Part shown: positions 53,945 to 63,153 of the stretch, in pieces | How the letters are laid out: each line of letters opens with the position of its first letter | How positions within the stretch are numbered: position 1 is the first letter of the stretch | Virus record (IMG/VR): IMGVR_UViG_3300046705_000096 | Coordinates: 1,348 to 65,347 of that record | DNA length: 64,000 nt | Strand: one strand, 5' to 3' | Source of the DNA: a virus | Lineage: Duplodnaviria > Caudoviricetes | Program-made: the position numbers and the translations under genes | Notes under the pieces: generated by a model | Seen by the model: only the letters and a program-made list of their open reading frames with translations | What the model was told of the DNA's origin: nothing | The model's database searches: none

Positions 53945-54130
53945 GTGGGCTACCCGAAAGACCTTGACGAGTACACGATCGCCGAGCTTCTCACTGAAGT
54001 CGCCCGTCGTCGAACCGCGTTTGGCAGGGGTGTGTGCCCCTACTGTAACCGACTGGCAAGCGAGCCGAATTGTCGAATGGTTGGGCAACACGAATTGGCG
54101 AGGTCCATTTTGGAACTGAAACAACTCTGA
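53945..54130 (+). CDS. small Zn-finger protein
   Basis: CPYC...C...H. Confidence 0.5.
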   Translation: MGYPKDLDEYTIAELLTEVARRRTAFGRGVCPYCNRLASEPNCRMVGQHELARSILELKQL

Positions 54131-54139
54131 GGGGTGAGC

Positions 54140-54334
54140 ATGCTGCTAGCGAGAATCGGAAAGACGTGGGTCCGACCGGAAAACATCCTCGAAGTCCAAG
54201 AGTTCTACGACGACGAACAAAATCGGAATCTCGTAAACGTCACAGTAAGATCGCCGCAAGGCGGTCTGAAGATGCTGACCGTCGAGAAGTCCGACGTCTC
54301 GAAGGAAATCTTCTACAACTGGCCTAAGAAATGA
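54140..54334 (+). CDS. small hypothetical protein
   Basis: GAGGGG RBS. Confidence 0.55.
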   Translation: MLLARIGKTWVRPENILEVQEFYDDEQNRNLVNVTVRSPQGGLKMLTVEKSDVSKEIFYNWPKK

Positions 54335-54516
54335 ACGACCCAGAAACCTACCTCTGGCTTGGCGGCTGGTTGGAACACTCCGGCCGCTGGCATCCGCCGC
54401 ACTGCCTCGCGTCCTTTACCGTGACGGACGCCGTCCACATGGCCAAGGCGGGACCGACGACATCTGGGGAGAATGTTGCCGGCGGGCCGCTTTGCATCTT
54501 TCGATGGAATTGCTGA
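54331..54516 (+). CDS. small hypothetical protein
   Basis: ATGA coupled. Confidence 0.45.
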   Translation: MNDPETYLWLGGWLEHSGRWHPPHCLASFTVTDAVHMAKAGPTTSGENVAGGPLCIFRWNC

Positions 54517-54577
54517 TGGCGGACCACATGCCGGAACTCGCCGACGACCTGAAACGCCTTGTCATGGAGTGCGACGC

Positions 54578-55111
54578 GTGACAGAGATTTGGAAACCCGT
54601 CGTTGGCTACGAGGGTGTCTACGAAGTCAGTGACAAGGGCCGAGTCCGGTCGCTGACACGAAAGGTACGATGCCGCGGCGGAAAGTTCCGACTCAAACGC
54701 GGAAGGGTGATGTCACCTTCAATCGATCAGAAAACAGGTTACCAGTCGGTATGCTTGGCGTTTGAAGGTGCCGTCAAGACATTCAGGGTTCATGTTCTCG
54801 TTGCCGCCGCGTTCATTGGTCCGCGACCGAATGGGCAGGACGTATGTCATGGGCCGTTAGGTAAAGCGATCCACCACGCGAGTAACTTGAGTTACGGCAC
54901 AAGGGAAAAGAACTGTGCCGATCGCCTTAGAGACGGAACGCACTTGGAAGGCGAAGACATCGCCCAAAGCAAGCTGACCGTTGAAGACGTGTTGGATGTT
55001 CGGAGACGCTGCACTCGCAGAGGGATGAAGCGAAAGATGGCAAGGAAGTTGAAGGTGACCGAGTCTTTAGTCAGCATGATCGTTAACCGTAGAATTTGGA
55101 AACACATATGA
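54578..55111 (+). CDS. NUMOD4-HNH homing endonuclease
   Basis: EIWKPVVGYEGVYEVSDKGRVRS; VHVLVAAAFIG...CH...NL.Y; C-terminal HTH. Confidence 0.9.
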   Translation: MTEIWKPVVGYEGVYEVSDKGRVRSLTRKVRCRGGKFRLKRGRVMSPSIDQKTGYQSVCLAFEGAVKTFRVHVLVAAAFIGPRPNGQDVCHGPLGKAIHHASNLSYGTREKNCADRLRDGTHLEGEDIAQSKLTVEDVLDVRRRCTRRGMKRKMARKLKVTESLVSMIVNRRIWKHI

Positions 55112-56040
55112 GACAGCCCGCCTACCTCTCCCACAGCGCATTATGCCTGTGGGAGTCCGACCGACGCGAGTTCTACCTGAAGTACCTCGCTGAACACCGG
55201 CCGCCACGGATTCCGCAGGGGTCGCCCGCAGCGGCCGGGTCGGCGTTTGATGCCTACGTGAAGTATTCGCTGGCGTCGGACCTCGGCCTCGAAGGATCGC
55301 TCGACGAACTGTTCGAGTCGCAGGTCGAGTCGCACAACCGAGACTTCGGCCGTCAGGCTGGGCCGTACATCCTCTACTGGTACAGACAATGTGGCGCTTA
55401 CGACGAGCTTCTCGACCTGCTGCGGCAGTCCACCACCCAGCCTCGATTCGAGTCCACCGTGCGGGACGTGGTTGACGGTATCCCCCTTCTCGGGAAGCCC
55501 GACTTGGACTTCAAAGTGGGTTACCCGGTCGTGTTCGACTGGAAGGTCCGCGGGTTCTGCTCGAAGAACACGACGTCGCCATCGAAAGGCTACCGTCTCT
55601 GCCGAGATGCCAACGGTGGTAAGCCGAGTAAGTCCCACAACCAGTCCCACAAGGACTTCAGACCGAGTGGGCCGCTCAAAGTCAGCCAGACCCCGCTGGA
55701 AGAAACAAACGTGACGTTCGCCGAGCAGTTGACAATGTATGGCTGGCTGCTCGGGCACGGCCAGCCGGTGTTGATGCTCGACGAGATCGTGTGCAAACCG
55801 AACGGGACACCAACTCCGCTACTTCGGGTTGCGAACCATCGGGCACAGGTGTCACTCGAATTCGGGGCGACTCTGTTGGACCGCTACCGAAACATGTGGT
55901 ACGACATCGAGGCTGGTCGCATCTTCGATGAAGACAACGACGCGATCTGCGAAAGCCTTGACAAGGCCGCTAAGTCGTTGGCCGAAGAAGGGGATGATTT
56001 CTTTGCATCTGTTTGCCGAAATGACGGCTACTGGGGGTAA
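55108..56040 (+). CDS. PD-(D/E)xK exonuclease (RecB/Cas4-like)
   Basis: YLSHSAL...GKPDL...VFDWK...QLTMY. Confidence 0.8.
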   Translation: MRQPAYLSHSALCLWESDRREFYLKYLAEHRPPRIPQGSPAAAGSAFDAYVKYSLASDLGLEGSLDELFESQVESHNRDFGRQAGPYILYWYRQCGAYDELLDLLRQSTTQPRFESTVRDVVDGIPLLGKPDLDFKVGYPVVFDWKVRGFCSKNTTSPSKGYRLCRDANGGKPSKSHNQSHKDFRPSGPLKVSQTPLEETNVTFAEQLTMYGWLLGHGQPVLMLDEIVCKPNGTPTPLLRVANHRAQVSLEFGATLLDRYRNMWYDIEAGRIFDEDNDAICESLDKAAKSLAEEGDDFFASVCRNDGYWG

Positions 56041-56043
56041 ACC

Positions 56044-56517
56044 GTGTTCCATATTCGATGTGCTGTCCCGTCCGATATCCCTGTCTTGCATGACATGGAT
56101 ATCAAATGCAACGAGACCGACTGGTGGTCCGAAGAGGATTGGGGCTACCGGATGAGGTACAACGGGACCAACATCATGTGCTTTTACGGCGAGCCGGTCG
56201 CACTCATCGCGGTAGACGCCTTGAACAGCACAGTGGCGTGCTTGATGAAACTGGTCGTTCGGCCGCATTTTCGTCGGCGGAAGATTGCTAAGCAGTTGAT
56301 CGCTGAAACCGAGTTGATGCTGCTTAATAAGGGCTACCGCATCCTGCGCTTGTATGTCCCCGACCGGCGCTTGGACCCGCGGAATGGTGATGACCTGTCC
56401 GTATTTCTGACCAAGGCTGGCTTTCGACCAGCACTCACGATGACGCCCGAGAATAGTGAGCGTGGGGTCGAAGACCTTGTCCTGTTTGAGAAAGAAATCT
56501 CATGCTTCGTAACGTAG
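56044..56517 (+). CDS. GNAT-family acetyltransferase (RimI-like)
   Basis: LVVRPHFRRRKIAKQL...FLTKAGF. Confidence 0.8.
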   Translation: MFHIRCAVPSDIPVLHDMDIKCNETDWWSEEDWGYRMRYNGTNIMCFYGEPVALIAVDALNSTVACLMKLVVRPHFRRRKIAKQLIAETELMLLNKGYRILRLYVPDRRLDPRNGDDLSVFLTKAGFRPALTMTPENSERGVEDLVLFEKEISCFVT

Positions 56518-56723
56518 ACCGCATCAGCAACGCGTCGGCGAGTTGGCCGAAGATCGCCAGCCTGATCGAAGGGTTGGCCGTAACCGCAGAGAATTTGGGG
56601 GCCGACAGTTCAGAGGCGTGCTTCACCTACGAGACGCTCGACTGCGAGCACGACGACCTTGTTCCGTTTATTCGGATCGGTGTTGCCCGAGTCCAACGAT
56701 CGGAGAATGTGACCAGTGAATGA
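56502..56723 (+). CDS. hypothetical protein
   Basis: Coupled ORF. Confidence 0.5.
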   Translation: MLRNVDRISNASASWPKIASLIEGLAVTAENLGADSSEACFTYETLDCEHDDLVPFIRIGVARVQRSENVTSE

Positions 56724-57423
56724 CCAAGTCATCTGCGGCGACCTGCGGGACGTCCTGCCGGACCTTGACCAGCGGTTCACGATGTGCTTTATGGACCCGC
56801 CCGATGGGATTAACCTGAACTACAACTCGTTCAGTGACCAGTTTGAGGATTACTACACATACCTCGAAGAGGTTGTGCGACTGGTCATCGCCCGTTGCGA
56901 CATCAGTTGGCTGTCGTTCAACGCTATCTGGCTACCGGTTGTCGGTAGTTTGGTTCGTCAGTTATGCCGAGAGAAGCCCGAGTTGAAATTCAAACCTTGC
57001 GTGCAAACCTTCACATTCGGGCAAACCCGGCAAACCGATCTCGGCAATGGCCATCGCCCCCTTTGGCGGTTGGCGTGGGAAGGCTCGACTCTGTATCCGG
57101 ACGCGATCCGTGTGCCGTCGTGGCGACAACTGAACGGCGACCGTCGAGCCGACCCGCGCGGTCGCGTGCCGCTTGACGTCTTTGACGTGCCGCGGGTCAC
57201 GGGGAATTCAAAGCAACGTCGTAAGTGGCACCCCACGCAAATCGGGGAAGACCTCGTAGAGCGGTGCGTCAAACTCTCCACGGTTGAGGGCGATTCGGTT
57301 CTCGATGGGTTCTCCGGTACGGGGACGACGCTTCGCGTGTGTAAGCGATTGAATCGGACGTGTACCGCCATCGAGATTGACCCGATGTACTGCGAGAAAA
57401 TTCGGAAAGAGAATCATGTTTGA
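56716..57423 (+). CDS. amino-DNA methyltransferase (beta class) with atypical DPPD motif IV
   Basis: VICGD, FMDPPD, HPTQ and VLDGFSGTGTT (motif I). Confidence 0.85.
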   Translation: MNDQVICGDLRDVLPDLDQRFTMCFMDPPDGINLNYNSFSDQFEDYYTYLEEVVRLVIARCDISWLSFNAIWLPVVGSLVRQLCREKPELKFKPCVQTFTFGQTRQTDLGNGHRPLWRLAWEGSTLYPDAIRVPSWRQLNGDRRADPRGRVPLDVFDVPRVTGNSKQRRKWHPTQIGEDLVERCVKLSTVEGDSVLDGFSGTGTTLRVCKRLNRTCTAIEIDPMYCEKIRKENHV

Positions 57424-57781
57424 CCGAATCTTCAACCGATTGTTCCGGGGCAGTAAGACGAAATGGACCTGGCGCTGGTATGTGTTTCGGTGTCGATGGT
57501 TTGGGATCAAGTTTCACAGAATCCGGCCCGAAGAGGATGAGTGGCACACACACCCGTGGAATGGTATCTCCATCATCTTCGGAAGCTACGAAGAACAAAT
57601 TACCCGCGATGGTCCGTGGCTTCATCGTTGGGGAATTAATTTCATCGGAGCGAATCGCGAACACCGCACACGCGGCAACTGTTTCACTCTGTTCATTCAT
57701 GGTCGCCGAGTGAACGACGGTTGGTATTGGGGTGACAAAATTAAACCGTGGAAAGGCCCACAAAGTGCTGACGAAAATTGA
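57416..57781 (+). CDS. cupin-like protein
   Basis: H..E..WHTHPW...GSYEE...HR..G..TLF. Confidence 0.65.
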   Translation: MFDRIFNRLFRGSKTKWTWRWYVFRCRWFGIKFHRIRPEEDEWHTHPWNGISIIFGSYEEQITRDGPWLHRWGINFIGANREHRTRGNCFTLFIHGRRVNDGWYWGDKIKPWKGPQSADEN

Positions 57782-58001
57782 CTACCTCGGATCACCAATC
57801 CAAACCGGCTGCCGGATCGTTTATCCCGTTCGAAAAGGGTCATCCTTGGGCATGCGGCAGATGAAGGTAGAGCGCATCCTTGCCGACCGACTCGTGGGCT
57901 ACAACCCGGATGGTCGGAGAATATCGCTCCAAAACTGGAAGACGTGCGTTGTCGTCGAGCGGGATGCCACGGACCCGCGGGAAGATGACTGGTTCGACTA
58001 G
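57765..58001 (+). CDS. small hypothetical protein
   Basis: DYLG..I..GCRIVYP pattern; last gene of the + arm. Confidence 0.55.
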   Translation: MLTKIDYLGSPIQTGCRIVYPVRKGSSLGMRQMKVERILADRLVGYNPDGRRISLQNWKTCVVVERDATDPREDDWFD

Positions 58002-58005
58002 GGAA

Positions 58006-58022
58006 AGACCCCGCCGGGGTCT
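58006..58022. terminator. hairpin between convergent arms
   Basis: AGACCCC-GCC-GGGGTCT. Confidence 0.4.
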
Positions 58023-58177
58023 CCTGCACGACCTGTGCAGAGAACAGGTTGGTATCAAAGCGGTTGCCGGGAAAACTGCCACGGACAAGGTCACGTGGAC
58101 TTACGGTCTTCGTATCCAGCAACAAGCAACCCTGCCCGCTTAAATTGGGGTGCATCCAGACACCCGGCGGGGCGCTT

Positions 58178-58465
58178 TCATGCTCGCTTCACCTTGTATG
58201 GAGTGAATTTGAACCCGTGACGGCGGTAATTCGGGCCATCCACGAAAACAGTGTACCGGCCGCCGGGTTGCCTTTCCATCCCCGTGTCTCGAATTTCAAG
58301 GTACGTTCGTCTCTTACCCCGCTTCAAGACCTCAAGGACTTCCCAAACGCCCGGAAGCCGGTAAACCACGTCGCCGCCGGAACCGATCAGTTTCACCCGA
58401 CTGCCGGCGCGGATCGTGACGCGCGGTGAGAGTTGGTATTCAAGGACTGACTTCAGCATCATCAC
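58178..58465 (-). CDS. hypothetical protein
   Basis: 95 aa downstream of the integrase. Confidence 0.55.
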   Translation of the reverse strand: MMMLKSVLEYQLSPRVTIRAGSRVKLIGSGGDVVYRLPGVWEVLEVLKRGKRRTYLEIRDTGMERQPGGRYTVFVDGPNYRRHGFKFTPYKVKRA

Positions 58466-58574
58466 CCCGTAGATTTACGCGCCATCGATTTCAAGACACT
58501 TCGACGCTGAAGTGACCTCAGCTTGGCCGCCCGTTTCTCCGCGGCTTTCCTGATCTTCTTTTCTCGTTCGGGCT

Positions 58575-59570
58575 TCATGCTCCCCCCACTGCGCGCTTGG
58601 CGCTCTCTTGGATGTGGTCTCGCCGATAGCGAAGTTTCTGGTACGTCCGCTGGATCATGTCGAGCGTCCGGTGACCAACCAGTTCGGCGAGCGTAATCGG
58701 GTCAACACCGTTGACCAGTGCGTCGGTGATGTACGTGTGCCGGATGGCGTAAGGGGTGATCTCAATGTCCGTGTCGGTTGCGACCTTGCGGAAAGCGTGC
58801 GTCAACGCGGACGACGTCCACGGGCCGCCGCGGCTGTTGCGGAATAGCGGACCCTCGGGATACTTCAGCATCAACCGCTCGGTCACGGCCTTCGCCTTCG
58901 CCGTCAAGGCGATGATGCGGTCATGCTTTCGACCCTTGGCTTCCTTCGCCGGGATCACCCAGACGTTGTTCGCCCTGTCAACGTGACGCGACTCGATCCG
59001 CCGGGCCTCTTCCGGCCGACAGCCGGTTTCACGCAGTACGGTCATCAGGTCTTTCAGCGATCCGTCCACGTGCTTCATCAAGGTCCGCCACTGGTCGGCT
59101 TCGACGTATGTCTGCCGGGCCTCGGCTTGCGGCCGTTCGATTCCCAGCACAGGGTTGTTCAGGTCAGGAATCACCTGCCGTTTCTTGGCCCAGTTAAAGA
59201 GGCGACTGACGCACCGGATCAGACCGTTCCGCGTGGTGGCGCTCGCGTCCGGGTATTCGTCCTCGATCCACGCCTCGATGTGGAAGGCGCGGATGCTGCG
59301 GATTGTCACGTTGCCCGCGTGTTGGCAGAACGACGTCAGGAAGTCCAGATACCACCTGTGGGTGCTCGGCGCTTTGTTGTTTTTCGTCCATTGCAGGAAG
59401 TCGCTGACGAGGTCCGCCAGCGGTCGGTCTTGTCCGATCTCCCGACGACCGGCGCTCAGGTCGTGCCAAAGCCGGAAGGCTTCATCCTTGTCCTTGGCGA
59501 GCCGCTTCTGCTTCCCGTTGACGTAGCAATACCACGTCTGATTCTGCTTTCGGAAGAACGGCCTATTCAT
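58575..59570 (-). CDS. int: tyrosine integrase
   Basis: GCRPEE (R), YAIRH (R), LVGH, TY (Tyr); N-terminal PFFRKQNQTWYCYVNGKQ arm-binding region. Confidence 0.95.
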   Translation of the reverse strand: MNRPFFRKQNQTWYCYVNGKQKRLAKDKDEAFRLWHDLSAGRREIGQDRPLADLVSDFLQWTKNNKAPSTHRWYLDFLTSFCQHAGNVTIRSIRAFHIEAWIEDEYPDASATTRNGLIRCVSRLFNWAKKRQVIPDLNNPVLGIERPQAEARQTYVEADQWRTLMKHVDGSLKDLMTVLRETGCRPEEARRIESRHVDRANNVWVIPAKEAKGRKHDRIIALTAKAKAVTERLMLKYPEGPLFRNSRGGPWTSSALTHAFRKVATDTDIEITPYAIRHTYITDALVNGVDPITLAELVGHRTLDMIQRTYQKLRYRRDHIQESAKRAVGGA

Positions 59571-59701
59571 CGCTGTCTCTCTTTCTTGGCGAGGGCATCG
59601 AGTCGCCGGTTGACCCGTGATCGGTTGAGCGTCCGACCGTGGACACTGACGAAAAGTGGTAGTAAAATGGAAGCGATGTAGATGCTGAAGGTCAGCAACA
59701 T
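59567..59701 (-). CDS. small membrane peptide coupled to int (44 aa)
   Basis: Read manually; hydrophobic N-half, basic tail, ATGA overlap with int. Confidence 0.4.
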   Translation of the reverse strand: MLLTFSIYIASILLPLFVSVHGRTLNRSRVNRRLDALAKKERQR

Positions 59702-59814
59702 GGGATTCGCCCTTTCAAGTGTAGCACACGATTTGCACGACGTCGGATTTCGTGCATCAATCTGTGCATTTTGAAGAAACCGGTCCGTCACAACTCGAAT
59801 ATCCATAACCATTT

Positions 59815-59855
59815 GCCCCTATAGCTCAACTGGCAGAGCAACTGACTCTTAATCA
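59815..59855 (+). other. attP core: 5' 41 nt of tRNA-Lys(CUU)
   Basis: GCCCCTA-TA-GCTC-AACTGGCA-GAGC-A-ACTGA-CT-CTT-AA-TCA: acceptor 5' strand, D-arm and anticodon loop, then the similarity stops; next to int. Confidence 0.85.
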
Positions 59856-60040
59856 CATGCAGCAAAAACGACGTGTTGCAGACCCTTGGCATAAGTCGAT
59901 AGACGACAAGGCTTTGGTGATTGTCTCATTCACCTATCTTACTGGTTTCGGTTAGTGGTTGCAAACTGTTTTGTTGCAGTTTACACCCACCTTTTGGTTC
60001 GCAGTGCAATGGGTTTGTGCATTTTGTGCATGTGCAGCCC

Positions 60041-60697
60041 TCAGACAACATGTGACCACGTTTGGCGCTTGTCGATTCGCCCAACTGTAGTCACGTGTAC
60101 GTTGAACTCTCTCGCCAGTTTCACCCGGCTCTCACCGGCCCTCAACCGCAGTCGAATCTCCAAGACCTGCGACACGTCCAGTTTTGCGAACGCAACTCTC
60201 CCTTTCTTCAAGGCGTCCTGCGTGTTATCAGCGTGAGTCCCCAGAAACAGGTGGTCGGGATGGCAGCACTGTCGATTGTCGCAATGGTGAAGCACGCACA
60301 ACCCTTGCGGCACTTCCCCTTTGAAAATCCGGTACATCACGATGTGCATCGCGTAATTCTTGCCGCGATGGTACGTCTTCCCGTACCCAGTCGAACTGAC
60401 CCCGCGGCACCACTCCAAACAACCGGTCTCTGTAAGCCGCGTTCGCTTGAGAATCCATTCGAGGGACATCGCCGGATATCGCGGAAATTCGAAGACCTCT
60501 GGCTCGAAGACCTCTGGCTCGTCGTCAACCCACCGGCGACGTCGAATCGTTGGTTTGGCTTCCGTAATCCCACACCCGCCGCACCCGCTTCGATTCGATC
60601 CCACGTCCCGGACGGGAATACGGATCAATGCCCCGCAGACACACCGGCAGACGGCGTTCTTACCTACGGTTTCGAGTACGGTTAGGTGTTCAGGCAT
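60041..60697 (-). CDS. HNH homing endonuclease with N-terminal Zn module and C-terminal HTH
   Basis: CRCVCG; GCLEW...GYG...VLHHCDNRQCCHPDHLFLGT..DN. Confidence 0.9.
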   Translation of the reverse strand: MPEHLTVLETVGKNAVCRCVCGALIRIPVRDVGSNRSGCGGCGITEAKPTIRRRRWVDDEPEVFEPEVFEFPRYPAMSLEWILKRTRLTETGCLEWCRGVSSTGYGKTYHRGKNYAMHIVMYRIFKGEVPQGLCVLHHCDNRQCCHPDHLFLGTHADNTQDALKKGRVAFAKLDVSQVLEIRLRLRAGESRVKLAREFNVHVTTVGRIDKRQTWSHVV

Positions 60698-60769
60698 GGT
60701 TGACCTCACAACGCCGACTCGCCGGGAAAGGGGGTCGGAATCGGGCCGACCGCTCCGTAGGATTAAACT

Positions 60770-61054
60770 TCATGGCCGAATTAGGTGCCCCATCACGACC
60801 ATTGGGAGTGACCGATCGACGACCATTTGGGCATCGGTGACGGTCTCCACCCCCAGTTCAACCGCCGCGGAGCAAGCCGCCCGCATGTGTGCCAGCACAA
60901 CTGCCGGAGACATCTCGATACGCTCCCCGGCAACCATTCGCAACCGCTCAATCTCACCGCACAGGTCATAGACCAGACGGTGCGGCTTGTCTGCCCATGT
61001 TGCGGCGAGAGGCCCCTCACCGTTGACGGCGCTTCGATAGTCATTCGTGTTCAT
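60770..61054 (-). CDS. hypothetical early protein
   Basis: WADKPHRLVYDLC motif; coupled. Confidence 0.6.
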   Translation of the reverse strand: MNTNDYRSAVNGEGPLAATWADKPHRLVYDLCGEIERLRMVAGERIEMSPAVVLAHMRAACSAAVELGVETVTDAQMVVDRSLPMVVMGHLIRP

Positions 61055-61314
61055 GGTTCTCCAATCCAAGATTCAAAGGTGACTTCCCGGCGAAATGCCC
61101 GGAGTTCGTCGTCGGTTAGGTCGGCGTCAAAGCAGCCAAGGGCCGACATCAGATGCCCGTAGCCGCGCTCAACGTGATTCACCGCGCCCCGTAGCTCGTC
61201 CACCATCTTTCGGTCCCGCGGTAGGACGTGATTGAACTCGATCAGCTTCGCACAGTCCGTCGCCCGCGCTGCCGCGGCACACGCGAGCTTCAGGTGTTGG
61301 AACAGTTCGTGCAT
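61051..61314 (-). CDS. hypothetical early protein
   Basis: 87 aa, coupled. Confidence 0.55.
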   Translation of the reverse strand: MHELFQHLKLACAAAARATDCAKLIEFNHVLPRDRKMVDELRGAVNHVERGYGHLMSALGCFDADLTDDELRAFRREVTFESWIGEP

Positions 61315-61323
61315 CAGTGACTT

Positions 61324-61581
61324 TCAAACACAGATTTCGCAGTTAGAGTCTCCGCAGCAGAGGCAGTCACGCCACGTTTGACCGCATCGCGAGCAAGGTG
61401 AGTCGCCGCTATGCTCCGCTGCCAATGCCTCGAACTCCGACGACCATTGTTTCCGTTGCTCCACCCCCTCGAAACTTTTCAAACTCATCGCGAAGTCGAT
61501 GCAGGAAAACTGATCGACCAAAGCGGGGACATTCAACGGCCACGGAAGGTCAGCCGTGTTCGCGACTATTGCTGCCCTCAA
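61324..61581 (-). CDS. hypothetical early protein, Cys-rich C-terminus
   Basis: CSRC...CLCC...CEIC. Confidence 0.55.
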   Translation of the reverse strand: MRAAIVANTADLPWPLNVPALVDQFSCIDFAMSLKSFEGVEQRKQWSSEFEALAAEHSGDSPCSRCGQTWRDCLCCGDSNCEICV

Positions 61582-61631
61582 GTCAACGGCAAGAGCCTCT
61601 CACACTTTCAACTCCAACGACTCGTTCGTGT

Positions 61632-61826
61632 TCATGGTTTAACCTCGATGAGTGATTGGCCGCCCTGCTTCGGTGACGGCGTGTTGCGCTTGTAACTATT
61701 CACGCACGCGATGATCGTGTCGCGGACCTCGCGACTCTTCGGCCCTGAGATTGGCACTGCGACTGGTTTCGCATCCGGTCGTTCGTGAATGACTTTGGCC
61801 CGGCCGTTGGCGTACCACTCGTTCAC
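61632..61826 (-). CDS. hypothetical early protein
   Basis: GGAG RBS. Confidence 0.5.
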   Translation of the reverse strand: MNEWYANGRAKVIHERPDAKPVAVPISGPKSREVRDTIIACVNSYKRNTPSPKQGGQSLIEVKP

Positions 61827-61983
61827 GATTCAATCTCCACTGGTTGACCGGCATAGGCCGGGTAGATTTGCCTCTCACCCTGACGGCGGGCGTACTCTTC
61901 GGCCGCACCCTTGTCAGGGAAGAATTCACGGTGCCCGTCCGGTTCTGGCTCACGGCAGAACACGAACCATCCGAGAGGGGTTT

Positions 61984-62232
61984 TCATACCGGCAGAATCT
62001 CCACGGTGTTGCGGTCGTACTCACTGTCATATCCGACGACTACCGCCCAGTCGTCGAACACGTGAACCCGCGGGTCAGTCTCGTTCAGTTGCTCGGTGAC
62101 GTCGCACATCCGGGAACGGATATCGTGCAGTCGTCCATCGAGAATTTCTCGTATCCGCTGCAACTTGATTTCACGACAATTCAGCTTCATCAGTTCGGCC
62201 GCAAGTTCGCGGGCGTCAGTTTTGGTTGTCAT
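61984..62232 (-). CDS. hypothetical early protein
   Basis: ATG 62232, ATGA coupled. Confidence 0.55.
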   Translation of the reverse strand: MTTKTDARELAAELMKLNCREIKLQRIREILDGRLHDIRSRMCDVTEQLNETDPRVHVFDDWAVVVGYDSEYDRNTVEILPV

Positions 62233-62549
62233 GGTTTTCTCGCTTTCGTGATGGTCTTTCGCGCTTGCTTCACGTAGTCCCGGCAAAGGGTCCGATAGGT
62301 CTTACCCACGGGGTGGACACTGCGGCTGTCCAAGGCCCCGGCGTCGAGTGCCGTGAAGACGTCTTCCAGCAGGTCGGCCAGACGTTCGCATTCGGCCTCA
62401 AGGTCTGGGGCCGCTTCCATTATGGCGGCATTGGCCCGCCGCTCCGGGTCTTTGTCTTCCGAGTCTCGCGGCGTGTTCACAATCTGACCGGCCCCATTCC
62501 GGAGTTTTGTGAACTGTCCGTTCCACTTCCACGTTCCGGGAGTTCTCAT
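62229..62549 (-). CDS. hypothetical early protein (ANAxxxxAAPDL motif)
   Basis: TPGTW...RANAAIMEAAPDL, a recurring phage motif. Confidence 0.65.
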   Translation of the reverse strand: MRTPGTWKWNGQFTKLRNGAGQIVNTPRDSEDKDPERRANAAIMEAAPDLEAECERLADLLEDVFTALDAGALDSRSVHPVGKTYRTLCRDYVKQARKTITKARKP

Positions 62550-62550
62550 G

Positions 62551-62751
62551 TCAGTAACCTTTCGCTGCACGGTTCGCCAAAGAGATTCCGTTAGACCGAC
62601 CGATGAGTGTATCGAAATCATACCCGACTTCTGGGTACACGTCGGCAATGTCGGCAACGAGTTCGTAGTGCCGTATTGTCGCTTCCCCGTTCTCGTCGAG
62701 AAAGTCGATGGCATCGAGAATCGTTTCAGCGTCGTTGACGTCTATGAACAT
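62551..62751 (-). CDS. hypothetical early protein
   Basis: Acidic, 66 aa. Confidence 0.55.
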   Translation of the reverse strand: MFIDVNDAETILDAIDFLDENGEATIRHYELVADIADVYPEVGYDFDTLIGRSNGISLANRAAKGY

Positions 62752-62755
62752 GGTA

Positions 62756-63151
62756 TCACCCGTAAATGAGTTCCCCGAAGAGGCAGCATTGGAGATAGAC
62801 GTCGCCGGTCGTCGCGTCGCCGGTCTCATTCAGCACATCGGCGAAGTGACACGGGTACTTCTTGGCCATGACTTGCATGCCCCGTCCCAGCGCTTGGCGG
62901 TCCAGCCGGTACTCAGCCTTGTCACTTTCCATGTCGGCAATAACGAGGGCACAATCCGGAGCGAATGGGATCATGTACGTTTCCGGCCAACTGTCATCAT
63001 AGAGCGGACCGCCATAACGGAATTCTTCCACCGTGACACAAGCTGGAAGACTAACGCCGTTAATCTGATACCAGTAGTTACTCCCGCCCTCGAATGCAGA
63101 ACAGAGTAGGGAGCGGATTTGATCGTCGGAAAATTCGATGGTCGCTTTCAT
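62756..63151 (-). CDS. conserved-looking hypothetical phage protein
   Basis: SAFEGGSNYW...GDATTGDVYLQCCLFGELIYG motif. Confidence 0.7.
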   Translation of the reverse strand: MKATIEFSDDQIRSLLCSAFEGGSNYWYQINGVSLPACVTVEEFRYGGPLYDDSWPETYMIPFAPDCALVIADMESDKAEYRLDRQALGRGMQVMAKKYPCHFADVLNETGDATTGDVYLQCCLFGELIYG

Positions 63152-63153
63152 GG

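Noticed and set aside
55108-56040. CRISPR-associated Cas4
   Set aside because: No four-Cys Fe-S motif and no cas locus or array; best read as a solo PD-(D/E)xK exonuclease.
58923-59681. 252-aa + strand ORF
   Set aside because: Antisense to the integrase; no recognisable domain.
59815-59890. Complete tRNA-Lys gene
   Set aside because: Similarity stops after the anticodon stem; there is no T-arm or acceptor 3' strand, so it is read as an attP fragment.
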